Source: Clostridium pasteurianum DSM 525 = ATCC 6013 (GTDB taxonomy: Bacteria; Bacillota; Clostridia; Clostridiales; Clostridiaceae). Taken from it: a DNA stretch of 64,000 nucleotides. Position 1 is the stretch's first letter. Every line of letters begins with the position of its first letter. Below are positions 39,109-49,748 of this stretch, piece after piece. The notes under the pieces are model-generated. The model was not told where the DNA came from and made no database searches. It worked only from the letters and a program-made list of their open reading frames with translations. A program made the translations under genes and the position numbers. The stretch lies in the NCBI RefSeq assembly GCF_000807255.1, contig NZ_CP009268.1, forward strand, positions 400,384 through 464,383. Reading direction: 5' to 3'.

Positions 39109-39816
39109 GTGGGACATGCAATATTTGAGCAGCGTTCTGGTATTTTAGGTGTAGCAGTGGCTAGTGCCTGCGGTGTTGTTTCATCAGATCAATTAATTGG
39201 AATGGGAGAAATAGCAAAGAAAATACAGGTACATGGAATCAAAATGACATCTAGGTCAACTATTGTTTTCTTGATAAATAGTGAGGATTTAGAGCAATTC
39301 AAAATTGAAATTGAAAAAGTTGGGCTTAGTTTAGGGGTTTTTGGAAACGTTGTAAGAAATGTAAAGGGTTGTGCAGGAAGTGATGCTCTATGTATGCGTG
39401 CTTTAGGAGATGCCTATGGACTTGGTGTAGAAATTCAAAATAAATTTATGAATCAGCCTGTTCCAAAGGATTTTAAGATATCAACTGCTGGCTGCATTAG
39501 AGCATGTACAGATCCTTATTGTGCAGATTTTGGAGTTATTGCTACAGCTAAGGATACCTTTAGTATTTATATAGGGGGAAGAGGAGGCAGTAAAAAGCCA
39601 ATCCACGGTAAACTTATTTTTCAAGAAGTATCCTCAGAGGGAGTTATAGAAGTTTTGGAATATGTATTAAAAAGATATAGTGAATTGGGTGAACCAGGAG
39701 AACGTCTGTGTAAAACTATAGAACGCTGTGGAGTTGATAAAATTATTCCTTCAGAGGATAGTGTGAAAAAGTCTTCTTTAGAAGAATTGAATGATTTTCT
39801 GGATTTTATGAATTAA
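39109..39816 (+). CDS. Small nitrite/sulfite-reductase-like (siroheme/4Fe-4S ferredoxin-like half-domain) protein
   Basis: Cys motif CAGSDALC ... CIRACTDPYC resembling the Cys ligand pattern of the NiR/SiR 4Fe-4S domain; 235 aa. Confidence 0.5.
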   Translation: MGHAIFEQRSGILGVAVASACGVVSSDQLIGMGEIAKKIQVHGIKMTSRSTIVFLINSEDLEQFKIEIEKVGLSLGVFGNVVRNVKGCAGSDALCMRALGDAYGLGVEIQNKFMNQPVPKDFKISTAGCIRACTDPYCADFGVIATAKDTFSIYIGGRGGSKKPIHGKLIFQEVSSEGVIEVLEYVLKRYSELGEPGERLCKTIERCGVDKIIPSEDSVKKSSLEELNDFLDFMN

Positions 39817-40058
39817 AGCTTAACTAGACAAAGAATTTGTAATACTCATTACTAACTGATAATATCAATGAATCTTACTTGATGGAAATTTGTTACATCA
39901 CTAAGTTTAGATGAGCTTTATATAGAGCAGGGAACCAAAGGTTTTAATTTTGTATGAGGCTTATATAGAGTGCAATAGAGTATTATAGCCATTAGTTGAG
40001 GAATGAATAATTAGCTTTTTATAAATCCAAAATTTTTAATATAAAGAAGGAGATAGTT

Positions 40059-40508
40059 ATGCAAGTTGGTGAAACCATAAATTTACCGTATATAAAAGAG
40101 ACTATAGAAAAGTGTTGTCGTTCTAAAGATGGATGTGAACCTTGTGCTGGTAAAGCTTGCCTTATAGGATTTGCTAAAATAGTTTCTCTCTATGCAGAGG
40201 AAAAAAAAGCTTTGGCAATACCTGGTGGATTAAAGCTTATACCTAAGCAGGACTTTAAGGTTTATGATGTAGATGAAGTTGCTCATGCTTTGGCTGTTAT
40301 AAATTTAGAGTGTAAGAATTGCAGTGATAATCATGATGATAATTGTATTATTAATATAATGCGTTCTTCCCTTGAAATTGCTCTTATGGGAGAAAATGTA
40401 CAGTTTACAGGTTCACCATTAGCTTACGTAATGAGCCTTGGCAAAATAAATGCTGAGTTGGGTAATAAAGTAATGGTGTATTATAATGAACTTAAAAATA
40501 GGAAATAG
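40059..40508 (+). CDS. Hypothetical Cys-rich protein
   Basis: Motifs CCRSKDGCEPCAGKAC and CKNCSDNHDDNC; unknown family. Confidence 0.4.
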   Translation: MQVGETINLPYIKETIEKCCRSKDGCEPCAGKACLIGFAKIVSLYAEEKKALAIPGGLKLIPKQDFKVYDVDEVAHALAVINLECKNCSDNHDDNCIINIMRSSLEIALMGENVQFTGSPLAYVMSLGKINAELGNKVMVYYNELKNRK

Positions 40509-40728
40509 GTTATTTTTATCATAAAAATATTTCCATAATATTTTTAAGTATATGTTGTTTTTTAGAATAAATTTATTTATACTTATATAGGCTTTTGATT
40601 AAAAGTATAAGAAGTTTACATGGGTCTATATGAATTTGTAAATATATTAAATAATTTATAAAAAGGTTCAAAAAAACTTGAACCTTTTTAGGCTTAGATT
40701 TTTTTTATATATAACATTAGTGAAGAGA

Positions 40729-41316
40729 TTATTTTAAAAGTATTTTGTCTATTATTCCATATTTTGCAGCTTCCTCAGCAGACATGAAATAATCTCTTTC
40801 CATATCCCTTTCTATTTTTTCAAGGAGATTGCTTGTCTTTTCACTGTATATTTTATTTATTTTATGTTTAGTCTTTAAAAGCCAATCCGAATGGATTTTT
40901 ATATCTGTAGCCTGCCCTTGAAAACCACCCTGTACTGAGGGCTGATGTATTAAAATTTCACTATTTGGAAGGGCATATCTTTTACCAGCAGCTCCCGATG
41001 TCAATAAAAATGATCCCATGCTTGCAGCGAAGCCAACACATATTGTGGATACATCTGATTTTATATACTGAATTGTATCATATATCGCCATTCCAGCGGT
41101 TACAGAACCTCCAGGGCTGTTTATATAGAAATGAATATCAGCATCAGGATTATCAGATTCAAGAAATAGCAGTTGAGATATAATTATACTTGCACTTGCA
41201 TCCGTTACTTCACCAGATAACATAATTATTCTATCTTTAAGTAATCTTGAATATATATCGTAGGAACGTTCGCCTGAATTTGTCTGTTCGATAACTATAG
41301 GTACATAACTCATCAT
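40729..41316 (-). CDS. clpP: ATP-dependent Clp protease proteolytic subunit
   Basis: [27 protein letters not shown] (catalytic Ser) and LIHQPS. Confidence 0.9.
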   Translation of the reverse strand: MMSYVPIVIEQTNSGERSYDIYSRLLKDRIIMLSGEVTDASASIIISQLLFLESDNPDADIHFYINSPGGSVTAGMAIYDTIQYIKSDVSTICVGFAASMGSFLLTSGAAGKRYALPNSEILIHQPSVQGGFQGQATDIKIHSDWLLKTKHKINKIYSEKTSNLLEKIERDMERDYFMSAEEAAKYGIIDKILLK

Positions 41317-41418
41317 ATATCACCTCGTATAATATATTTGATATAACAAGAAATTTGTCATGGTTTATATATAGGCTACATTAAGCAATGTAGTTTAAAG
41401 TTAATTATTTAAGCTAAT

Positions 41419-41847
41419 TTAAGCTGCTATGGAAAGCATATTTGTGATTTTATTTTTTGAACTTATTGGAGTTATATTAATTTTGTTCTTTCTAAATTCT
41501 CTTGGAGGTATTCCATAAAGTTTTTTAAAAGCTTTTGTAAAGGATTCCTGGGAACTAAACTGATATTTTAAAGCTATATTCACAATTTTATCATCTGTAT
41601 TTACTAGTTCACTAGCGGCCTCTGAAAGTCTTCTCTTTCTAACATATTCACCGACAGGTTCTCCAACTATAGCATGAAAAACTCTGTGAAAATGATATTT
41701 TGATAAAAAGGCTTTTTCTGCAAGGCCTTCAAGTTCTATTTTCTTATTCAGATTGCGCTCAATATATTCAATAGATTTTTCAATACAAGTATCATAATTC
41801 ATATTAAAATTGCTTCCTCCTTCAATCTTTTTTTCAGTATAACTCAT
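41419..41847 (-). CDS. AraC-family HTH transcriptional regulator (short, HTH domain only)
   Basis: The AraC HTH signature (LSKYHFHRVFHAIVGEPVGEYV, FSSQESFTKAFKKLYGIPPREF). Confidence 0.7.
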   Translation of the reverse strand: MSYTEKKIEGGSNFNMNYDTCIEKSIEYIERNLNKKIELEGLAEKAFLSKYHFHRVFHAIVGEPVGEYVRKRRLSEAASELVNTDDKIVNIALKYQFSSQESFTKAFKKLYGIPPREFRKNKINITPISSKNKITNMLSIAA

Positions 41848-42352
41848 GCTTTAATATAAATCCTGTCTTTTTTTGCTTATATTTTAATCATAAAACTTTA
41901 AAATATAAGATAGTTGACATATGTAAATGTTTACAATATAATAAAAATAAATTAAGTAAACTTAAATTGTTATGTACTTAACAAAAATCCTATATAGAAT
42001 TAAGACATTTCCAAATTAATATTTTTAACTCCAATAATAAACTATTTAATGGTGTTTATATATGCTTACTGGAAATAAATAATTAAAAAAACAGTATAAT
42101 ATACCCATTAATATTTAGGTTTACCCATATATCATATCAGTTAAATATAATCAGAAAAATTTTATTCCTTCTATTGAAATTTAGACAATTTATCACATAA
42201 CTAGTGCTTGGAACACTCTACCGCATATAAGGTGGAGATAACAGCTGCAGGTTCATGGATAATCCATTTAAACTTAGTTAGAGTACAAACTTCAGCTAAG
42301 TAAGATTCATTGATAAATTTAAAATTAAAAAATATAGAAAGGAAGTTTGCCA

Positions 42353-43912
42353 ATGGAAAGAAAAGTTAAGAAAAATATACAATTAATAAACTTAATTATT
42401 ACTTATTTATTATTACCAATATTAGTTGCTTTTTTATTATGCACAGCAGAATCAAGAGGAGTATATGCAGCTACAGAGGCAGATCCCTATAGACCGCTAT
42501 ATCATGTTACACCACAATCAGGATGGATGGGTGATGTACAAAGGCCACTCTACATAAATGGAACACATCAGCTCTATTATTTAAATAATTTAGATTATTC
42601 TTGGGGAGGCAATGGAACAGCATGGGCACATGCAGATTCAACAGATTTAGTAAATTGGAATAGAAAACCAATAGCTATACAGAAGTATCAAACTCCCTAT
42701 GGAGACCCTTGGACAGGTAGTTTAGTAGTAGATAAAAATAATACTGCAGGCTTTGGCACAAATGCTGTAATTGCTTTGGTAACAATGCCTTATGAACATC
42801 AATCTACTCATCTGTGGTATAGTACAGATGATGGAAATTCATTTCAATATTATGGCATTGTACAGCATAATCCAACAGGAAGTTCAGATTTCAGAGACCC
42901 AAAAGTTGTTTGGAATGAGGATACAGGAAAATGGGTTATGACACTGGCTGAAAATAATAAGATTGGATTTTATACATCATCTAATTTAAAAAGCTGGCAG
43001 TATGTTTCATCATTTATAAGACAAGATATAGGTATTATAGAATGCCCGGATTTATTTCAAATTAACGTAGATGGAAATAGTAATAATAAAAAATGGGTAT
43101 TAGCAATGGGCGGCAATGGTTTTAACTACGGATTGACAACAGGGACCTGTTATTTTGTAGGGAACTTTGATGGTGAAGTATTTACTAAAGACCCAGGCTC
43201 AGATCTAAATTGGTTAGAAGAAGGTGCAGATTCTTATACAGGGGTAACTTGGGATGCACCTTATACTGATGGTAATTACAGATATTTTATATCATGGATG
43301 AATAATTGGAATTATGCATTTCAGCTTCCATGGCAAAATTATTCAGGAAATACAAGTATCGTTAGAGAGATAAGGCTAAATACAACTAGTAATGGATTAA
43401 AATTACAGCAAGTGCCAGTTTGGAATTTACTTAGTAATTTTAATGAAGTAATGAATGTAGAAAATCAAACGGTGTACAATAATCAACAAAATATTCTTGA
43501 CAATTATAAGGGGTTATCTTATAGTATTGAAACCCAGATAGATGTATCAGATTTAACAAATGGTAAATTTGGATTCTCTGTTAGAAACGGATTAAATGAA
43601 CATACAGATATAACTTATGATAAGAGTATAAATCAATTATCTTTTGACAGGAGCAATTCGGGTATAGTTGTTAATGTAAACGAATCCATAAATCTGCAGA
43701 GAATTACAGTTAACCCTGTAAACGGTAAAATAAAATTAACTATATTAGTAGATGTAAGTACAGTTGAGATATTTGTTAATGATGGACAACATACATTAAG
43801 CAATATAATTTTTCCCTCATTAACATCAGATGGGGTAAGACTATGGACTGATGGTCATGTTCATTTAGATTATTTAAAGATAAGAAATAACAACAACAAT
43901 ATGATAAATTAG
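42353..43912 (+). CDS. Secreted glycoside hydrolase family 32 (beta-fructofuranosidase/levanase-type), a paralog of 18364..19926
   Basis: Signal peptide; motifs YHVTPQSGWMGD, FRDPKV and ECPDLF; C-terminal beta-sandwich. Confidence 0.85.
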   Translation: MERKVKKNIQLINLIITYLLLPILVAFLLCTAESRGVYAATEADPYRPLYHVTPQSGWMGDVQRPLYINGTHQLYYLNNLDYSWGGNGTAWAHADSTDLVNWNRKPIAIQKYQTPYGDPWTGSLVVDKNNTAGFGTNAVIALVTMPYEHQSTHLWYSTDDGNSFQYYGIVQHNPTGSSDFRDPKVVWNEDTGKWVMTLAENNKIGFYTSSNLKSWQYVSSFIRQDIGIIECPDLFQINVDGNSNNKKWVLAMGGNGFNYGLTTGTCYFVGNFDGEVFTKDPGSDLNWLEEGADSYTGVTWDAPYTDGNYRYFISWMNNWNYAFQLPWQNYSGNTSIVREIRLNTTSNGLKLQQVPVWNLLSNFNEVMNVENQTVYNNQQNILDNYKGLSYSIETQIDVSDLTNGKFGFSVRNGLNEHTDITYDKSINQLSFDRSNSGIVVNVNESINLQRITVNPVNGKIKLTILVDVSTVEIFVNDGQHTLSNIIFPSLTSDGVRLWTDGHVHLDYLKIRNNNNNMIN

Positions 43913-44037
43913 TATATCTTTAAAGGTATATTATAATATGTTTAAATTGGTATACTGTACCGTTTTAAAATTCGTATATTTTTAAAGTGTAACCATACTC
44001 AAATTATTTTAATATATTAAATTTGAGGTGAGTTAAA

Positions 44038-44280
44038 ATGTCACTTTTTGATTCATTGACTCCTAAAGAACTGAATATTTTGGTAAATATAGTTGCAGTT
44101 GCACTTACAGAAGGAAATTCAGCCGATGATAATAACGTATTGGGTAACTTCTTAACGGCCGTTTCAGCTAATATACTTGTTATTGCGGCACAACAGCAAA
44201 CTCTTAGTTCTTTAGAAGATAAGCAAAAACAAATTAAAGATCTTAAAAAACAAATTAAAAAACTTGAAAATGATTTATGA
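44038..44280 (+). CDS. Small hypothetical protein with a C-terminal coiled-coil (QIKDLKKQIKKLENDL)
   Basis: ORF with RBS GAGGTGAG; no recognised family. Confidence 0.4.
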   Translation: MSLFDSLTPKELNILVNIVAVALTEGNSADDNNVLGNFLTAVSANILVIAAQQQTLSSLEDKQKQIKDLKKQIKKLENDL

Positions 44281-44373
44281 CACATAGTTGATAAATTTTT
44301 CTATGTGTTTTTTATTGTTACTATTATTGTAGTAATATAATTACTTTATAAATTAAATCAGCAAACATTATGC

Positions 44374-44976
44374 CTATAAGCTTTCTAAAATTTTACCAAT
44401 ATATTTTTCACCTTTTTTAACAATGTCAAATTCTCCATTTGAAAAGCACCATGAAGCCATAAGTCCTCTTACAAAACTTTCTAGATATAAAAATACTTCT
44501 TCCACTGTTTGATTTGTGTTAAATACCTTGTGATCAATACCTTGTAAAATTAATATCTTTAATTCTTTAGTAAATTCTCGCCTTTCAAAATGTTTGCTGT
44601 TTTCCAATATGCACTCTGTTAAATTAGTAACATAAGCACGGCAGGTCATGGCATAACCAACATGATTGCTAAACATAAGTTCTGATAAAAGAAATTTTTC
44701 TATTTTATTTTTAATACTCATTCTTTTATCTTGTGAAATTAAATTGTTATATTGCTTTAAAACAAACTGACTCATATCTGAATAGTAACTTTCTTTTATA
44801 ATATCTTCTTTAGCTTTATAATGAACATAAAAGGTACCCTTTGCAACGCCAGCTTTTTCGCATATTTCACTTATGGTAACATTGTCATAGCCCTTTTCTT
44901 TAATTAATTCAATAGCAGTTTCGAATAATTTATTTTTAGTGAGAATAGATTTTTCTTTTCTTAACAAAGTTATCAC
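44374..44976 (-). CDS. TetR/AcrR family transcriptional regulator
   Basis: N-terminal HTH VTISEICEKAGVAKGTFYVHYKAKEDI. Confidence 0.75.
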   Translation of the reverse strand: MITLLRKEKSILTKNKLFETAIELIKEKGYDNVTISEICEKAGVAKGTFYVHYKAKEDIIKESYYSDMSQFVLKQYNNLISQDKRMSIKNKIEKFLLSELMFSNHVGYAMTCRAYVTNLTECILENSKHFERREFTKELKILILQGIDHKVFNTNQTVEEVFLYLESFVRGLMASWCFSNGEFDIVKKGEKYIGKILESL

Positions 44977-45017
44977 CTTCTTGATTTTTTTTAATTATAA
45001 ATGTATAATAATGACCG

Positions 45018-45050
45018 TAGTCAGTGACTAAAGTCATTATTATAATAAGC
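45018..45050. promoter_or_regulatory. Nested palindrome ATAATGAC-cg-TAGTCAgTGACTA-aa-GTCATTAT, a candidate TetR operator
   Basis: Read directly in the tetR / yciI-like divergent intergenic region. Confidence 0.4.
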
Positions 45051-45071
45051 TATTTAAAGGAGAATTTCAAC

Positions 45072-45359
45072 ATGTTTATATTAAGCCTTAATTATATCAA
45101 GCCTATGGATGAAGTAGAAGAATACTTATCCAGTCATATATTATTTCTAGATAAATATTATAGCAGCAAAAATTTTATTTGTTCTGGAAGGAAAAATCCA
45201 CGTACAGGTGGAATTATTCTTTGTAATGCTGAAAACATTGATGAAGTTAATGCCATAATAAGTGAAGATCCATTTTATAAAGAAAAAATTGCTGCCTATG
45301 AAATTACGGAATTTTTTCCTACTAAATATGCCGATAGTTTCAAATCTTTTATTCAATAA
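45072..45359 (+). CDS. YciI-like (Dabb-fold) small protein
   Basis: About 95 aa; LSLNYIKPMDEVEEYLSSHILFLDKYY pattern; RBS AAAGGAGA before the ATG at 45072. Confidence 0.5.
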   Translation: MFILSLNYIKPMDEVEEYLSSHILFLDKYYSSKNFICSGRKNPRTGGIILCNAENIDEVNAIISEDPFYKEKIAAYEITEFFPTKYADSFKSFIQ

Positions 45360-45565
45360 TAAAAAATTAACGTTTTTACTATTAATATAGCGTGGATTTT
45401 TACAAATAGCCTTAAGTTAGTAAAAATAAATATATCTATATGTGTATTTATATAATTACTTTGATTAATCTTTTTCTAATAGTTACATTTCTCTTAAGCC
45501 CCGAAATAATCTTGGACAATTGCCTATACATTTAATATAATGTAGAAAGTGATTGGAGGAAAGTT

Positions 45566-45895
45566 ATGAAAGGCAAAAGTTATACAAAAGAATTAAAAGA
45601 AGAAATATTGAGAGAAGTAAAGGATGTAGGAAATGTTTCTTTAGTATCAAGAAGACATGGTATATCAAAATCAACCATATTTACTTGGATAAAGAAATCT
45701 GAGAATAAGGATGAGATTAAGGTTAAGCCAGGAAGAAAGGCTTTAGTTGAGGGACAAAAAGAGTTTGAAAGTGAAATTACAGAAGTAACAAAAGAGAATG
45801 ATCATCTTAAAAAGATTTTAGGTGAAAAAGATTTAGAAATAGCTATCCTTAAAGATTTAATAAAAAAAGCAAACCCTCAATTAAAGATAAAGTAG
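45566..45895 (+). CDS. IS3-family transposase OrfA (HTH, leucine zipper)
   Basis: Motif VSRRHGISKSTIFTWIKK; ends just after the A7G slippery site. Confidence 0.8.
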   Translation: MKGKSYTKELKEEILREVKDVGNVSLVSRRHGISKSTIFTWIKKSENKDEIKVKPGRKALVEGQKEFESEITEVTKENDHLKKILGEKDLEIAILKDLIKKANPQLKIK

Positions 45896-46821
45896 CAATA
45901 GCTAAAAAATATATACATCAAGGATATAACGCAGTTTTTGTGCTTAAAACAGTTAGGCTTCTTAGATCAACATATTACTATAATTTAAGTGTTGAAGGCA
46001 AACAAAAATCAAAACCTAAAGGCGGTAAGCCTAGAGGATACAGCCTAAATAAAAAGAATCAAAAGGTATGTGATGACCTTATTAAAGAGTTTATTATTGA
46101 GTCAATTGATGGTGATGCCATTAATTATGGTTATAGAAAAATAACTTATCATCTGCGAAAATATTATAATCTTATAATTAATCCTAAGAAGGTTTACAGG
46201 CTTTGCAAGGAGCTTGGCATACTTAAAGATCAAAGAGTTATCAAACCTAAAGTGAAAAAAACTATTGCAGCTAACAGAATTATAACAGGTTCCAATCAGC
46301 TTTGGGAAATGGATATAAAGTATGGTTATATTCATGGTCAAGATAAATTCTTCTACTTGTTAAACCTAATTGATATTTTTGATAGAAGTATTATTGATTA
46401 TCACATGGGATTTCACTGTGAAGCTAAAGATGCGTCAGCATTATTAAGAAAATGTTTAATAAGAAGAAATCTATTTGAGGAAGGAGTTAACAAGCCTGTA
46501 ATAAGAACAGATAACGGACCACAGTTTGTAAGTTATAAATTTAGTGAATGCTGTGAGGAAATCAAGGTAGAACACGAGAGAATACCAGTAAAAACACCAA
46601 ATAAAAATGCTCATATAGAATCATTTCACCGAATACTTGAGGATGAATGTTTTAAAAATAATGAATTTGAAACTTATGCACAAGCCTATGAGGCAGTAAA
46701 CGATTTTATGGTTCGATATAATGACAGAAGAATACATTCAAGCTTAGGTTTTATGTCACCAAATGAATTTTATACCCTTCATTTTAGAGAAAATCTAACT
46801 GGTATTGAAATAAGGGTCTAA
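45859..46821 (+). CDS. IS3-family transposase OrfB (rve integrase core; made as an OrfAB fusion by -1 frameshift)
   Basis: WEMDIKYGYI, IRTDNGPQF and the ..E.. of the DDE triad; the -1 frame is open from the slippery site (45862-45869) to the listed GTG at 45940. Confidence 0.8.
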   Translation, partial: NKKSKPSIKDKVAIAKKYIHQGYNAVFVLKTVRLLRSTYYYNLSVEGKQKSKPKGGKPRGYSLNKKNQKVCDDLIKEFIIESIDGDAINYGYRKITYHLRKYYNLIINPKKVYRLCKELGILKDQRVIKPKVKKTIAANRIITGSNQLWEMDIKYGYIHGQDKFFYLLNLIDIFDRSIIDYHMGFHCEAKDASALLRKCLIRRNLFEEGVNKPVIRTDNGPQFVSYKFSECCEEIKVEHERIPVKTPNKNAHIESFHRILEDECFKNNEFETYAQAYEAVNDFMVRYNDRRIHSSLGFMSPNEFYTLHFRENLTGIEIRV

Positions 46822-47044
46822 TTCTAAGAAAATCAAAGAATTTATTATGTTTTGTCCAAAATGAAGGGGTTAATCCGATTTGCTATACTTAAATGTATTA
46901 CATATATTTAATAAGTATTTATGAAAAATGAATCTTTCAATATTAAAATAGTGTTTGTGTAAATAATTGCTATCATATAACATATACATTTAATAAAGAT
47001 TATCAAGGAATTTTAGTCAATATCTGATTAATTCTAGATGAAAT

Positions 47045-47288
47045 TTATTTCACCTGACTAACTTGGCGTAAGACTCCCACGCACTCTGTACAGCCCTCAC
47101 ACAAAATCGAAAAGAAGATTTTGGTTTTCTGCTTGCACTCTGTGAAAGCGATTCGCACCAAATTAAAATTTGGGCTCTCTGCTTTTCTTCAAGTGGGAGT
47201 TCGACGCCAAGTAAGCCATGCATTTGCAGTTCTAAAATTCAGATGGGGTAAAAGAATCTCCACCTGAATTAAGAACTTGCTTCAATGG
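47045..47288 (+). repeat. GC-rich structured intergenic repeat, copy 2 (contains an about 50-bp internal expansion relative to copy 1)
   Basis: Aligned by eye to 20960..21195; same terminal IRs and 3' hairpin; ends 10 nt before the NlpC/P60 ATG and supplies its GGAGA RBS. Confidence 0.7.
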
Positions 47289-47297
47289 AGACAATAT

Positions 47298-47750
47298 ATG
47301 AAAAATAAAAAGGTAATTATATTTGCACTGTCATTAATATTTATATTTATTATGGTGAGTACTTTTATTTCTAGCAATAAAGAGCTGAAAAATGGAGAAG
47401 CTGTTGTAAACTATGCTGAAAAATTTAAAGCTGTTAAGTATGTTTGGGGAGGGGAAAGCCCCAGCGGATTTGATTGCTCGGGATTTACCAAGTATGTATA
47501 TGCACATTTTGGAGTGAATCTTCCCCATAATGCTGCACAGCAATATAAGTATGGTAAAAAGATAAGCAAAAATAGCCTTAAGCCTGGAGATTTAGTTTTC
47601 TTTGGGAAAAAGTCTAACAGCATATATCATGTTGGGATATACATTGGCAATGGTAACTTTATAAATGCACCTAAAGCAGGAGAAAATGTAAAGATAACAG
47701 CACTATGTTATATGCCTGATTATTATGGCGCTAAGAGAATTAAAATTTAG
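47298..47750 (+). CDS. NlpC/P60-family cell-wall peptidase (secreted)
   Basis: Signal peptide; the catalytic Cys motif DCSGFTKYVYAHFG; YHVGIYIG His region. Confidence 0.8.
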   Translation: MKNKKVIIFALSLIFIFIMVSTFISSNKELKNGEAVVNYAEKFKAVKYVWGGESPSGFDCSGFTKYVYAHFGVNLPHNAAQQYKYGKKISKNSLKPGDLVFFGKKSNSIYHVGIYIGNGNFINAPKAGENVKITALCYMPDYYGAKRIKI

Positions 47751-47992
47751 AATTGACTGTCCCAGAAAATTAGGAACTAGGCATTCTTTTTTAATAGAAT
47801 GTGAGTTGTTAGAATGTATAGTTATCCTATAAACAGAGTTCTTAGTGTGTGGCTGCTGTACAGAGTGTTACAGGTGACAGCTATCATATGTATATGTTAT
47901 TAATTAGAGAAGTTAATGTTGTAAATATGGCAGTTTACTGAGGAAAAGAAACAGAAAGCCCCATCCCTTTAGGGGTAGGGCAAGCTTCCACA

Positions 47993-48976
47993 TTATTTAT
48001 TATCTGCTGCAAATACAATTCCAGCATCTTTTCTTGCCAGTACTGCAGTTTCCATGACCTTTAGGGAGTGATCCAATAGTTTATAAGATTCTTCTAAATC
48101 ATTGTTATTGTATATATTCTCAAAGTCTATTAACTCATAAACCATTCTATTTGAAAAACTCTGCTCATTATAAGTTTCAATTTTATCATCAATTACAATT
48201 TCAAGAGAAGGACATCGATTTACAGCACCATTTAATTTTATATATCCTTTTGTTCCTTGAATAATGGCAAAATTTGGACCCTCAGAATCTTTAGCACCGG
48301 TACATTCACATATAAAATTATCATATTTTAAAAGGGCAATTCCAGAAGTATCAATTCCATTTTCAGCAATATTAGCAATGTATTTTACCTCTTTAGCTTT
48401 TCCAAATAGTCTTGTTACAAAGTGCAAATTATAGATATTAATATCTGCTAGAGAACCACCAGAAAAGGCTGGATTAAATATATTTGTAACTTCTCCCGCT
48501 AAAAATTTATCATATCTGCTTGAGTATTGAGAGTAGTTGCACTGAACTAATTTCAGTTCACCAAGAGAATTTAGTTTTTCTTTGATCTTATTGTAATTTG
48601 GTAAATGTAAGGTGGTGATTGCCTCAAATAGCAATAGTTTTTTATCCCTTGCCAAATTTATTAAAGTTTTTGTTTCTTCTACTGTGGAGGTAAAGGGCTT
48701 TTCACAAATTACATTTTTACCATTTTGTAGAGCCTTTAGAGCATAGTCATAATGAAGACTATTTGGTGAAGCTATATAAATAAAGTTTACGTTTTCATCA
48801 CTGAGAAGCAAATTAAAGTCTGTATATACCTGCTTTATATCATATTTATCTGCAAGAGTTTCACCTGTTTCTATTCTTCTGGAAAAAACCGCTGTACATT
48901 CAACATTTTCTATCTGCTGAACAGCATCTAAAAAAGTTTCTACAATTGATCCCGTACCTATAGTGCCTATTTTCAT
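47993..48976 (-). CDS. Gfo/Idh/MocA-family NAD(P)-dependent oxidoreductase
   Basis: N-terminal Rossmann MKIGTIGTGSI; the EKP motif (ICEKPF). Confidence 0.75.
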   Translation of the reverse strand: MKIGTIGTGSIVETFLDAVQQIENVECTAVFSRRIETGETLADKYDIKQVYTDFNLLLSDENVNFIYIASPNSLHYDYALKALQNGKNVICEKPFTSTVEETKTLINLARDKKLLLFEAITTLHLPNYNKIKEKLNSLGELKLVQCNYSQYSSRYDKFLAGEVTNIFNPAFSGGSLADINIYNLHFVTRLFGKAKEVKYIANIAENGIDTSGIALLKYDNFICECTGAKDSEGPNFAIIQGTKGYIKLNGAVNRCPSLEIVIDDKIETYNEQSFSNRMVYELIDFENIYNNNDLEESYKLLDHSLKVMETAVLARKDAGIVFAADNK

Positions 48977-49127
48977 AATATCATCTCCCTTTTTATGATA
49001 AGTTCATTAACTAGTTTTCAATTAATATTCATGTTTATATTGTATAGTAATATTTGTAGTAATGTAAATAGAAAACAATTACATAGTTTAAAGTATTGAT
49101 ATATTATAGCAAATAGCTTATAATAAA

Positions 49128-49150
49128 ACATGTACCAAACATGTTTGAAA
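49128..49150. promoter_or_regulatory. Inverted repeat AAACATGT-acca-AACATGTTT immediately upstream of tetR, a candidate autoregulatory operator
   Basis: Read directly. Confidence 0.35.
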
Positions 49151-49163
49151 ATGAGGTGGTAAA

Positions 49164-49727
49164 TTGGATAAATCAGATAATACTAAAAATCAATTAATAG
49201 AAGCAGTAATAGGACTATTGCAAGAGTGTAATGATGTTTCAGAAATAACATCAAGGAAGATAACAGAAAGAGCAAAAATAAATTTATCAACAATAAATTA
49301 TCATTTTGCTTCTAAAGATGAACTAATAAATATTGCAGTAAATAAATTAATAGGAGATGCTGCGGATGCTTATTTTCAGGATATGAAAAATAATATGAAA
49401 TCACCAAAAGATAAACTTAGAGATTTTTTAGTTGGTATTAGTGATATAGCTGTTGATTATAAAAAATATATAAGAGAAATGATACCTTATATTTTATTAA
49501 AAGGAGAATTTACTCAAACTATTGAAATACTTCCTTTAGTTAAAGAATGCTTTCAAGAAAGTAAAAATGATGAAGAATGTAAAATTATTTCATATCAATT
49601 AATTTCATTCATGCAATTAGTATTCTATAGAGCAGATGAATTTAAGTCTTTTAGTAAGATTGATATTATGAATAAGCAGGAAAGAGATAGGCTTGTTGAT
49701 ATTCAACTAGATTTGTTTATCAAATAA
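49164..49727 (+). CDS. TetR/AcrR family transcriptional regulator
   Basis: HTH ITSRKITERAKINLSTINYHFASKDELI. Confidence 0.7.
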   Translation: MDKSDNTKNQLIEAVIGLLQECNDVSEITSRKITERAKINLSTINYHFASKDELINIAVNKLIGDAADAYFQDMKNNMKSPKDKLRDFLVGISDIAVDYKKYIREMIPYILLKGEFTQTIEILPLVKECFQESKNDEECKIISYQLISFMQLVFYRADEFKSFSKIDIMNKQERDRLVDIQLDLFIK

Positions 49728-49748
49728 AGATTTGGGAGGATATAAAAT

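Larger units (their letters stand above)
45490..46880 (+). mobile_element. IS3-family insertion sequence (orfA/orfB, -1 frameshift), apparently intact
   Basis: OrfA HTH and OrfB DDE integrase; candidate terminal IRs containing TTGGACAA near 45505 and 46850; the A7G slippery site at 45862..45869 lies within the orfA/orfB overlap. Confidence 0.7.

Noticed and set aside
44038-44280. Small acid-soluble spore protein identity for the 80-aa ORF
   Set aside because: It lacks the alpha/beta-type SASP signature (no EIA..LG or KLEIA motifs); left as hypothetical.
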